Shown here piece by piece: positions 23,340-33,150 of a stretch of 38,839 nt of DNA; position 1 is the stretch's first letter; every line of letters starts with the position of its first letter. A program made the translations under genes and the position numbers. The notes below the pieces were generated by a model that did not search any database, had not been told where the DNA came from, and saw nothing but the letters and a program-made list of their open reading frames with translations. Source of the DNA: Isurus oxyrinchus (Eukaryota); assembly GCA_026770705.1 (NCBI GenBank), contig JANJGN010000016.1, forward strand, positions 88,350,001 to 88,388,839, given 5' to 3'.

Positions 23340-24345
23340 CAACTTTGAGTAAGTCACAAGCAAGGTGGATAAAGGGGAAACTGTAGATGTGGTGTACACG
23401 GAATTTTTAAATGCATTTGATAAGGTGACACATCAAACATTGCTGCATAAGATGAGAGCTCATGGGCCAGGATTTTGCTCTCGTCGGGTGAACTCGGTGG
23501 GGGTGAGAGTGGGCGTTCAGGAAGCCGACCACTGCCTGTGATTGGAGCCTGAGTGGGATTTCACACTGGCGAGCCAATTAAAGCCCTCGCAGCGTGAACC
23601 ACGTGCTACAGCGCTCAGCGCTGCCTGTGTCGGGGGTGGGAGGGAGGGGGGGTAAGCGGAGAGCTTTGTGCATGAGTGCGAGTGTGCACAGGAAAAGCTC
23701 CCTGAGGCACGGAGCGGCCTGTAAGGTAGCTAAATGTGTCGATCTCATCAAGATGGGTAGGAATGTAATTTGTTAAGAGGAGGTAGGGAGTCTGCAAAGG
23801 GATATGGACAGGTTAAGTGACAGGACAACAATTTGGCAGATGGAGCGTAATGTGTGAAAATGTGAACTAGGCAGGAAGAATACAAAAGCAGGATATTATT
23901 TAAATGGAGAGAGATCCTGCAGAACTCTGCGATCCAGAGGGATCTGGGTGTCCTGGTGCATGAATCACAAAAAGTTGGTTTGCAGATGCAGCAAGTGATT
24001 CGGAAGGCACATGGAATGTTGGAGTTTGTTGCAAGGGGAATGGAATATAAACATAAGGAAGTTTTACTGCAGCTGTACAGGGACATTGGTGAGACCACAT
24101 CTGGAGCAGTGTGTACAGTTTTGGTCTCCTTATTTGAAAAAGGATATAATTGCGTTTGAAGCAGTTGAGAGAAGGTTCATTCGGCTCACTCCTGGGATGA
24201 GGGGTTTATTTCATGAAGGCAGGTTGGACAGGTTGGGACTCCAGTCAGTGCAATGGAGAAGAATGAGAGGGGATCTTATTAAGACATATAAAATCCTGAA
24301 GGGATTTGATAGATTGGATTCCAGGAGGTTGACCCCACTTCTTAC
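23340..24345 (+). mobile_element. CR1-type LINE RT fragment with a MITE-like insert at ~23464-23725
   Basis: VDVVY.EF.NAFDKV.H; RDLGVLVH; LVRPHLEQCVQFWSPYLKKD...RRMRGDLIKTYKILKG. The insert begins GGGCCAGGATTTT, like the end at 1379. Confidence 0.85.
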
Positions 24346-24364
24346 GCGAGAGAAAAATGAGTAG

Positions 24365-24610
24365 GTGGAGGGACAAAGAAAGAGAGACAGAAAGTTAGGG
24401 AGAAAGAGAGACAAAGAGTGAGAGGGAGAGAGAGGGAAAGGAAGAGAAGGGGAGGGAGAGAGAGAGCAAACAAGGAGAGTGAGACAAAAAGAACAAGACA
24501 AGGAGACAGGCAGAACGAGAGGGAGAGAGAGACAGGGAGTGATGGACAGAGAGAGGGAGAGAGAGACAGAGAGTGATGGACAGATACTGAGAGAGGGAGG
24601 GAGAGAGTTG
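24365..24610. repeat. AG-rich low-complexity tract immediately upstream of the Ig promoter
   Basis: Direct reading. Confidence 0.85.
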
Positions 24611-24611
24611 A

Positions 24612-24709
24612 AGAGGAAGTGAAAGGTGCTGACGTGGTTCTCTCTGGGTGATACCATTTACATACTGAGGAACAGCCAGTGAGACTCTGACAGGCTGCAG
24701 CTGTATAAA
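24612..24709 (+). promoter_or_regulatory. Ig light-chain V promoter
   Basis: ETS-IRF element GGAAGTGAAA 24615-24624, TGACGTGG 24630-24637, variant octamer ATTTACAT 24656-24663, E-box CAGCTG 24698-24703, and TATAAA 24704-24709, about 60 bp before the ATG. Confidence 0.8.
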
Positions 24710-24769
24710 GCTGAGCCCAGTGAAGGGAGAGTTTATCAGTGACCAGGCACAGGGACAGGAGCAGACACC

Positions 24770-24818
24770 ATGATTTCAGCCATCCAGCTGATCTGGCCTC
24801 TGGCATTCTGCATCGCAG
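24770..24818 (+). CDS. IGKV: Ig light-chain leader exon (MISAIQLIWPLAFCIA-G)
   Basis: GACACCATG Kozak-like context, hydrophobic signal peptide, and a phase-1 GT donor at 24819 that splices in frame to the AG at 25003-25004. Confidence 0.92.
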
Positions 24819-25004
24819 GTACAAATCTCTCTCCTTCCACTGTGAATATTTTCCTGCTCTCCATTTCCAGCCAATTCAACTGACTTGTGATTGAAGGGAA
24901 AATGCTGAAAGCAGAGGAACGGTCACTGTCTCTAACAATATCTCATTTTACAGGCTCTTTGTGTGACAGTTCTTACTTCACTCTGTTTCTCTATTACCCC
25001 TCAG

Positions 25005-25302
25005 GTATCAGTGGGGACATCACCATGAAACAGCCTCCCCTGGTGTCAGTGAGCCTGGGCCAGACCGCCACCATCACCTGTACGGCCAGTCAGTCTGTTA
25101 GCGGCTATGTTGCTTGGTACCAGCAGCGAGAAGGACAGAAACCCACTCTCCTGATCTATGATGCAACAACTCGATTCACAGGAACATCCGAGCGATTCAC
25201 CGGCAGTGGATCTGGCACCCAATTCACCCTGACAATCAGCAATGTACAGAATGAGGATGTCGCTGATTATTACTGTCAGCAATGTTATAGCAGCTACCCC
25301 TA
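25005..25302 (+). CDS. IGKV: Ig kappa-type (shark type III/NS4-like) V segment, unrearranged
   Basis: [10 protein letters not shown]...[66 protein letters not shown]. Open frame with conserved Cys-Trp-Cys, followed by an RSS. Confidence 0.96.
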
Positions 25303-25330
25303 CACAGTGATACAGAGCCTGACAAAAACC
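25303..25330 (+). other. V recombination signal sequence, 12-bp spacer
   Basis: CACAGTG (25303-25309), 12 nt, ACAAAAACC (25322-25330); both are perfect consensus. Confidence 0.98.
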
Positions 25331-25335
25331 TCAAT

Positions 25336-26068
25336 ACACACAGCACCACCTCCTGTACTGACACATCCCACAGTTATATAGAATATATAATAATGGACAC
25401 ACAGCACCATCTCCTGTACTGACACATCCCACAGTTATATAGAATATATAATAATGGACACACAGCACCATCTCCTGTACTGACACATCCCACAGTTATA
25501 TAGAATATATAATAAAGGACACACAGTCCCACCTCCTGTACTGACACATCCCACAGTTATATAGAATATATAATAATGGACACACAGTCCCACCTCCTGT
25601 ACTGACACATCCCACAGTTATATATAATATATAATAATGGACACACAGTCCCACCTCCTGTACTGACACATCCCACAGTTATATAGAATATATAATAAAG
25701 GACACACAGTCCCACCTCCTGTACTGACACATCCCACAGTTATATAGAATATATAATAATGGACACACAGTCCCAGCTCCTGTACTGACACATCCCACAG
25801 TTATATAGAATATATAATAATGGACACACAGTCCCACCTCCTGTACTGATACATCCCACAATTATATAGAATATATAATAATGGACACACAGTCCCACCT
25901 CCTGTACTGATACATCCCACAGTTATATAGAATATAGAATAATGGACACACAGTCCCACCTCCTGTACTGACACATCCCACAGTTATATAGAATATATAA
26001 TAATGGACACACAGTCCCACCTCCTGTACTGACACATCCCACAGTTATATTTAATATATAATAATGGT
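25336..26068. repeat. 61-bp minisatellite, ~12 copies, in the V-J spacer
   Basis: GGACACACAGTCCCACCTCCTGTACTGACACATCCCACAGTTATATAGAATATATAATAAT restarts at 25395, 25456, 25517 and onward. Confidence 0.96.
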
Positions 26069-26194
26069 CACTTTACCTCTTACCCTCCATGTCCACACAT
26101 GAAGAGCAGCTGAAAGATTTATCAAATAAAATTAGGATTCTCAACTCTTGGAACAAAAAAAAGACATTGAGAGGAAGAGAGAGGAAAAGAGCGA

Positions 26195-26690
26195 GAGTTA
26201 AAGGTGAGTGTGAGTGAGAGACAGAGAGAGGGTGAGAGTGAGTTAAAGGTGAGTGTGAGTGAGAGACAGAGAGAGGGTGAGAGTGAGTTAAAGGTGAGTG
26301 TGAGTGAGAGACAGAGAGAGGGTGAGAGTGAGTTAAAGGTGAGTGTGAGTGAGAGACAGAGAGAGGGTGAGAGTGAGTTAAAGGTGAGTGTGAGAGACAG
26401 AGAGAGGGTGAGAGTGAGTTAAAGGTGAGTGTGAGTGAGAGACAGAGAGAGGGTGAGAGTGAGTTAAAGGTGAGTGTGAGAGACAGAGAGAGGGTGAGAG
26501 TGAGTTAAAGGTGAGTGTGAGTGAGAGACAGAGAGAGGGTGAGAGTGAGTTAAAGGTGAGTGTGAGTGAGAGACAGAGAGAGGGTGAGAGTGAGTTAAAG
26601 GTGAGTGTCAGTGAGAGACAGAGAGAGGGTGAGAGTGAGTTAAAGGTGAGTGTGAGTGAGGGACAGAGAGAGGGTGAGAGTGACTGAGTG
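26195..26690. repeat. 45-bp (some 41-bp) purine-rich minisatellite, ~11 copies, in the V-J spacer
   Basis: Unit GAGTTAAAGGTGAGTGTGAGTGAGAGACAGAGAGAGGGTGAGAGT; 15-aa periodicity in ORF 26204. Confidence 0.95.
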
Positions 26691-26704
26691 AAGCAGAGAG
26701 CTGA

Positions 26705-26743
26705 GGTTTTTGTACAGCCCCTGCACTGGAAGCTCTCAGTGTG
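26705..26743 (-). other. J recombination signal sequence, 23-bp spacer
   Basis: GGTTTTTGT (26705-26713), 23 nt, CAGTGTG (26737-26743). The heptamer has one mismatch with the essential CAC intact. Confidence 0.96.
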
Positions 26744-26778
26744 GGTTACGTTTGGTAAAGGAACCAAACTCAGACTGA
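26744..26778 (+). CDS. IGKJ: Ig kappa-type J segment (VTFGKGTKLRL-S)
   Basis: FGxG motif after the 23-RSS. The consensus donor GTAAGT at 26779 is phase 1 and in frame with the C exon. Confidence 0.96.
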
Positions 26779-27486
26779 GTAAGTAAACCCCAATTCTCCC
26801 TTATTAACCCTTTCAATACTGAAACTTTCTCAAACACTAATACTGAATAGTTGAAGGTGTTAGTGAGGAGCTGCAGTGAATGAAATGGTTCAGTGAACAA
26901 CACTGTGTATAACAGGGTGCCCAGCTGTATTTCTTTCATTACATTCCCCCCTTTAAGCAGCAAGATAGAAATAACCAACTTTTACCCACCGTCTAGAGGA
27001 GATCTGGACGATTGCAGACTGTGCTGACATTGCTGCACCATGGACTGAAATCAGTCACTAGACTCCTGTCAGTCTCAGTGTGACAGACACGGGCAGAGTT
27101 TGATATGAGCTCCGGCTCCCTCTCACAGTCTCTGATATAACTGATCACAGCACCAGCACAGTGAGACACCGAGGTCCCACCTCCCCCAGCTTGAACTCTG
27201 CTCTCTCCACTCCCTGGTTATCTCTTGGCAAATTTCTGATGACAAACAGGTAGAGCAGGGCCCACAATCCAGTGGCTTCAGTGTTCCAGGATTTCGGGGA
27301 GACTCTCCGTTTCCCCCGAATGTTTAAATGTCACCCTCTAGACTCCAGACCTCCCGGAATCTGCTCTCCATCTCTCTCCTGAAGACACTGTCTCTGACTG
27401 GGGAACAGCCCACCCTCCCCAAGTGGGCTCATTACTCCAAGTGTGAGGCGGGAGGGTGAACATGACAGGCTATTGGACCGTGAGGT

Positions 27487-27783
27487 GTCGGCCGTGCCTC
27501 AATGGGTAGCACTCTCCCCTCAGAGTCGCAATGTTGTGGGTTCAAATCCCACTCCAGAGACTTGAGCACATAATCCAGGCTGAGACCCCAGTGCGGTATT
27601 GAGGGATGGCAGCACTGTCAGAGGAACCATCTTTCTGATGAGACAAACTGAGGTCTGCCCTCTAAGGAGGATGTCAAAGACCCCATGGCACTATTTGAGG
27701 GAAACCTTGGATCTTGCTGTGCACAATTCTCTGTAAACATCCTGAGGTGATGATCGGTGCTATAGAAATGCAAGTCTTCCTTC
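27487..27783 (+). mobile_element. tRNA-derived SINE with a Deu-like core (SacSINE1/AmnSINE-related) in the J-C intron
   Basis: B-box GGTTCAAATCC at 27539-27549, core ...CTGTCAGAGG..CATCTTTC.GATGAGAC...AAAGACCCCATGGCACTATTTGA, and tail GCTATAGAAATGCAAGTCTT. The family name is from memory. Confidence 0.8.
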
Positions 27784-28244
27784 ATGGTTTGGCGCTCCTG
27801 ATCCTGACCCTCGCACTCTCACCTTCCAAGGTTCATGGGGTCATTAGGAGCAGTGATCCTGTCTGACCCCCAGACTCTGAGACTTATTGTAGCCTCACCC
27901 TTGACTTCTCTCCAGTGCTGGGAGTCAAGGTTTGAAATGAAATCTAGAACCTTCTATACCGAGACCCAATATGAATCCTTTCTGAAGTGGGTTGATCCAA
28001 GTGTGCTCCAACATTCTGGGATAAAGTTCTCTCGATGTGTGATCTGAGGATTGTTAATGCTGAACCTGTTTCCCCGGACAGGCTGATCAATAGTCAGAGC
28101 TTCCTGACAGCTTAACAGTGTCTTAGAGGGACACTGAGTCTTTAAACACTCTTACTATTAACCATTTCAGCGCTGAATTTGTGGTAACCCTCTTTACAAA
28201 TGTCTAAGTAACAGCCCAATATGATTTAACCAGCTTAACATCAA

Positions 28245-28910
28245 ACCTTTACCTCCTGCCACTCAACCAATTTGAAACACAACTTGCTCCTTTCCCTGGG
28301 ATCCAATGAGTTTTAACTTTCTGACCAGTCTGTCATGTGGAAACTTGTCAGAAGTCTTGCTAAAATCTGCATGGACGTCATCAAATTCATTACCCACATC
28401 AGCCCTCCTTGTTACCTCCTCAAAAATTTCAATCCAGTTAAAGGCACGACCTTCCCTTCAGAAATCCATGTTGACTGTCCTTGATCGAAATGTGACTTTC
28501 TCAATGATGATTGGAATTCCTTTCAGAAATTTTTACAATTTGCCCACCACTGAGGTTAGAGTGACTGGTCTGTAATTTCTCAGTCTATCCCTTCCTCCCT
28601 TTTTAAACAACATTATCAGTCCTCCAGCCCTCTGACACCACACCCCTATCCAGAGAGGATTGGGAAATAATGGTCAGAGCCTCTGCTATTTCTTCCCTTG
28701 TTTCCTTTCCTGCCTGGGATACAATTCATCCGGGTCTGGGGATTTATCCACTTTCCAAGATGCTGAAGACATTAATATCTCCTCTCTCACGATGTTTATC
28801 CCATCCAATATTTCACAATTCTGCTCCTCCTCAACTAGAATGTCCGTGTTGTCCCTCTCTTGTGTGAAAACAGATGTAAATTATTCATTCAGAACCATCT
28901 ATGTGCTTCC
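28245..28910 (-). mobile_element. CR1-type LINE RT N-terminal fragment
   Basis: The reverse strand gives remnants of RPVTLTSVVGKL, SQHGF.KGR and DFSK..DK.PH. Confidence 0.75.
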
Positions 28911-28932
28911 AACCCCACCCCCTCCCCCCAAT

Positions 28933-29134
28933 NNNNNNNNNNNNNNNNNNNNNNNNNNNNNNNNNNNNNNNNNNNNNNNNNNNNNNNNNNNNNNNNNNNN
29001 NNNNNNNNNNNNNNNNNNNNNNNNNNNNNNNNNNNNNNNNNNNNNNNNNNNNNNNNNNNNNNNNNNNNNNNNNNNNNNNNNNNNNNNNNNNNNNNNNNNN
29101 NNNNNNNNNNNNNNNNNNNNNNNNNNNNNNNNNN
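28933..29134. other. Assembly gap (202 N) inside the J-C intron
   Basis: Run of N, flanked by a C-run and an AG-rich tract. Confidence 1.
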
Positions 29135-29329
29135 GTGAGGTAGAGAGGCAGAGATAGGGAGAGAGAGAGAGAAGGGCGGGGGGAGAGACAGAGAAAGGGC
29201 GATAGAGTGGCAGAGAGTGAGGGAGAAAGATTTAACTTTTCGGTCTCTAATCGAACCTACTCATTGCTTAGTTATCCTCACGTTATTTCTTTGTGTGAAC
29301 ATATTTGTTCTGAATTCTACCTCCTCTTT

Positions 29330-29700
29330 GAATACCTCGCATTGCTATAACATTGATTTACCATCAAGTTGCTGATTCCTGTCCATTTTGACAAATCCAA
29401 GCTCAGTAAAAATTTCCTGAATTTGAAACATTTACTTTTGGTCTATCTTTACCCTTTTCCATAACTGCTCTAAATCTAACTGAATTATGATCACTATTAC
29501 CCAAATACTCTCCCACTGATAAACCTTCCACCTGCCCAGATTTATTCCCTAAAACTTTAAAAAAAACTGCCCCTTGTTGGGTTTGTTAACTTCCGGCTAA
29601 AAAAGTTCACCTGGATGGATTATAAGAATTTTGCATCATCTATACATTTACACAGATTTGATCCCAGTTAATATTCGGGAAGTTGAAATTCATTATAATG
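29330..29700 (-). mobile_element. CR1-type LINE endonuclease fragment abutting the C-exon acceptor
   Basis: The reverse strand reads IIMNFNFPNINW and LGNSDH. Confidence 0.65.
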
Positions 29701-29733
29701 ACACTGATTAAACTTCCTCCTCTTCTCTTTCAG

Positions 29734-30062
29734 GCAGAGAGAAGTCACCACCCACACTGACCCTGCTGCCCCCCTCCCCAGAGGAGGTCAAGACCAAGGG
29801 CACTGCCACCCTGGTGTGCCTTGCCAATCACTTCTATCCCGATGAGGTGAAGGTGGAGTGGAAGAAGGACGGTGTAGCCATTTCGGACGGGGTTCAGACC
29901 AGCAACTACCTGCGAGCTTCGGACAGCACCTACAGCGTCAGCAGCCTGCTGACCCTCTCTGGCTCCGGCTGGGAGTCCAACGCCAGCTTCTCCTGTGTCG
30001 TCACCCACGAGAGTCTTTCCTCTCCCCTCAGCAAGAGCATCAGGAGATCAGAATGTGCGTAG
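29734..30062 (+). CDS. IGKC: Ig kappa-type light-chain constant exon
   Basis: Polypyrimidine tract plus CAG acceptor, then (S)REKSPPTLTLLPPSPEEVKTKGTATLVCLANHFYPDEVKVEW...STYSVSSLLTL...FSCVVTHESLSSPLSKSIRRSECA*. The penultimate Cys for the H-L bond is present. Confidence 0.97.
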
Positions 30063-30241
30063 AGTGTTAGAGACAGTCCACAGAGGAGATACAACTTTAA
30101 ATAGAACAGGGGTGAGCTGGGAGGGCAAAGGTCATTGTCAGCACCAAATTACAACTCTCTTCCTTCTCAGGACCGGCTCTGAGACACTTCTGAGGGTCAG
30201 GGGTTAATGCACATTATTGGTGCAGTGTACAGTGAGGTTCA

Positions 30242-30705
30242 TTCTGTATCTAACACTGTGCTGTACCTGTCCTGGGAGTTTTTGATGGGGACAGTGTAGA
30301 GGGAGTTTCACTCTGTATCTAACACTGCTGTACCTGTCCTGGGAGTGTTTGACGGGGACAGTGTAGAGGGAGTTTCACTCTGTATCTAACACTGCTGTAC
30401 CTGTCCTGGGAGTGTTTGACGGGGACAGTGTAGAGGGAGCTTTACTCTGTATCTAACCCCGTGATGTACCTGCCTTGGGAGTGTTTGACGGGGACAGTGT
30501 AGAGGGACCTTTACTCTGTATCTAACCCCGTGTTGTACCTGCCCTGGGAGTGTTTGATGGGGACAGTGTAGAGGGACCTTTACTCTGTATCTAGCCCCCT
30601 GCAGTACCTGTCCTGGGAGTGTTTGATGGGGACAGTGTAGAGGGAGCTTTACTCTGTATCTAACCCCGTGTTGTACCTGCCCTGGGAGTGTTTGTTGGGA
30701 CAGTT
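30242..30705. repeat. 67-69-bp minisatellite, ~7 copies, in the predicted 3' UTR
   Basis: CTCTGTATCTAAC...TACCTG.CCTGGGAGTGTTTGA.GGGGACAGTGTAGAGGGA restarts at 30311, 30378, 30445, 30514, 30583 and 30652. Confidence 0.95.
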
Positions 30706-30902
30706 TAATCTCGTGACGCTAAGTAAAACCTCTCTAAGATGCTGAAGACTGTCAGCTGTACAAAAATAATGTGACCCTCCGAAGTGTCTGCTTCAGTAAA
30801 CCAGACCCCTTCCTGCTCACCCTGCAGTTACAATTTAAGGTTTAGTCACTGTTTAAAGGGACAGGATTCTCATGTTCTGGAGAAAATCTCCACAAGCGTT
30901 TT

Positions 30903-31003
30903 AATAAACCTCCATTCTCCCTGTGAATTTCTCCAGCTTCCTCTGGCTGGGCTGTTTATTCAAGTCTTTTTTCTGTAAATGTCAATGTGTAAAAGGTAAT
31001 AAA
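30903..31003 (+). terminator. Polyadenylation signals AATAAA at 30903-30908 and 30998-31003
   Basis: These are the first AATAAA hexamers I found after the C stop. The second is followed by a GT-rich stretch. Confidence 0.7.
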
Positions 31004-31289
31004 CATTAAGAATATTCAGTCTCTGTCTGGTGAGTGCTTTGGAAATGTCCCACCTCCCCATCAGCTGATTGGCTGCATTTCAGCAAGTGATTGTCCTGAT
31101 TGGCTGGTTGGCCTGTCAATCAATGACACATCAACAGAAGATTTGATTCAAAGCCAGTTATCAATTATTTTAAAATGATCAGTTTTATCCTGAATCTCTT
31201 GAATTTACAAGATTAAAAACAGAAAAGAATCTGGAAGTTGCTGGGATTAAATCATCACAACCACAATACCCCAAACCATATTCATGACC

Positions 31290-32712
31290 TCCCCATGACC
31301 TTCCCATCTCACGTGGTCTCGCTACTCCCATAGTTTCAATCACAGATAAGACCATCTCTGATCACTTCCTTGTATCACTCCCCACCCACAGCCCCCTTCC
31401 ACAGCCCAACCCTACCCCCTTCTGTATCCATCCCTGGAAAAACCTATTCCCCAATTCACTTACAACTGCACTTTCACAATCCCAACAATCTGGTCTCTGG
31501 CCCTCCGATCACCACAACATTTCTGCAGCTACTGATTTACACAACCTCACCCTCACCTCCACCTTTCATATCCTAGTCCCCAATAAAACCATTCCTCTCC
31601 CTCACCCTGGCCCTTCCCCCTGCTACCACCCTCATCTCCACTCACTCAATCCAAGGGAGGCAGACTTGAAACCGGTTTATCCATCACCGCCAGATCTGGC
31701 TGGACGCTCCAAACACTCCCGGCTCCTCCTCTCATCTGCTAAAACTGTCCCTGCTCCGTTACCTCTGGTGTCCCCCAAAGATCGATCCTTGGCCCCTCCT
31801 ATTTCTCACCTACATGCTGCCCCTCAGACACATCATCTGAAAGCATAGCGTTAGTTTACACATGTACACTGAAGACCCCCAGCTCTACCTCACCACCACC
31901 TCTCTCAACTCCTCCACTGTTGCTAAATTATCAGACTGCTTATCCCACATCCTGTACTGTGTGAACAGGAATTCCTCCAATTAAATATTGGGAAGACTGA
32001 AGCCATTGTTTTCAGTCCCCACTCCAAACTCTGTTCTCTAACTCCTGACTCCATCCCTCTCCCCGGTAACAGTCTGAGATTAAACCCGTCTGTTCACAAC
32101 CTTGGTGTCACATCTGACCCTGAGATGAGCTTCCAACCTCATATTCGTGACATCACTAAGACCGCCTATTTCCACCTCCATAACATCGCTCGACTTCACC
32201 CCAGTCTCAGCTCATCAGCTGCTGAAGCCCTCACCCATGCCTTGGTTACCTCTGGATGTGACTATTCCAATACACTCCTGGCTGTTCTCCCACATTCTAC
32301 CCTCCACAATCGTGGGGTCATCCAAAACTCTGCTGCCCGTGTCCTAACTCACAGCGAGTCCCGTTCCCCTGTCACCCCTGTGCTCACTGACCGACATTGT
32401 TTCCTGGTCAAGCAACATCCTGATTTTCCAATTCCCATCCTTGTTTTCAATTCCCTCCATTGCCTCACCCCTCCCTATCTCTGGAATCTCCTCCAGCCCT
32501 ACAACCCTCTGAGATATCTGCACTCCTCTAATCCTGGCCTCTGGTGGATTCCTAATCAGAATCGCTCCACCATTGGTGGCCCTGCCTTCAGCTGCCTGGG
32601 CCCCAAGCTCTGGAATTCCCTCCCTACACCTCTCCCCATCTCTCCCTCACTTTCCTCCTTTAAGTCACTCCTTAAAGTCAACATCTTTGGCCAAGCTTTT
32701 GGTCGTCTGATC
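31290..32712 (+). mobile_element. L2-type LINE, fragmented with internal deletions
   Basis: SGVPQRSILGP, YTEDPQLY (YADD-like), QLNIGKTE, NLGV; ORF 32125-32742 YFHLHNIARL...HALVTS..DYSNTLL...QNSAARVL...AFSCLGPKLWNSLP. Confidence 0.88.
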
Positions 32713-32715
32713 CAT

Positions 32716-33150
32716 TGGCCCAGAAATTCCGATCTCCGGTAGCCCGGAGGCACAGGCCAAGATGCACTGGGGAACCCCTCGGAATTCCCTACACACTGAT
32801 TACAGGGGAATTATACAGGAAGTCTGAACTTCCGATGGGAAATTACCCTGTGCCTGGATCCCTCTGAAACTCTGATTTAAAGCCCGGAGATTTCGGATCA
32901 TTCCGACTTACTGATTGGAAATGTTACCCGGGAAAGGTTGGGAGGATTAAAACCAGTTCTAACTCCTGGGTAACTAGATGACTAAAACCCCCAACCCCCA
33001 AATATACCCAGGACAATCCCCTTCCGCTACCCACCTGACCTGATGAACACCCCTGGACCCCAATGACACCCGACCTGAGCATCAGCCCGAATGCCCCTCC
33101 AGATTACCCCCGACCTTCCCAATAGCCCCCCCAAGCAGCCAACTACCCCT
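32716..33150. mobile_element. Possible MITE/DNA-transposon end leading into the 27-bp array
   Basis: Starts GGCCCAGAAATT, resembling the termini at 1379 and 23464. No matching other end found. Confidence 0.3.

Noticed and set aside
24887-25004. ORF-track N-terminal extension of V, plus read-through to 25381
   Set aside because: This is leader-intron sequence. The true start is the leader exon at 24770, and V ends at the RSS.
22913-26690. CRISPR-like appearance of the 44-, 61- and 45-bp arrays
   Set aside because: They are head-to-tail repeats without unique spacers, there are no cas genes, and the context is eukaryotic.
25331-26704. D segment or additional J
   Set aside because: No complete RSS-flanked segment was found, and 12/23 V-J pairing needs no D.
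27487-27560. tRNA gene
   Set aside because: The A/B boxes belong to a SINE head that continues into core and tail sequence.
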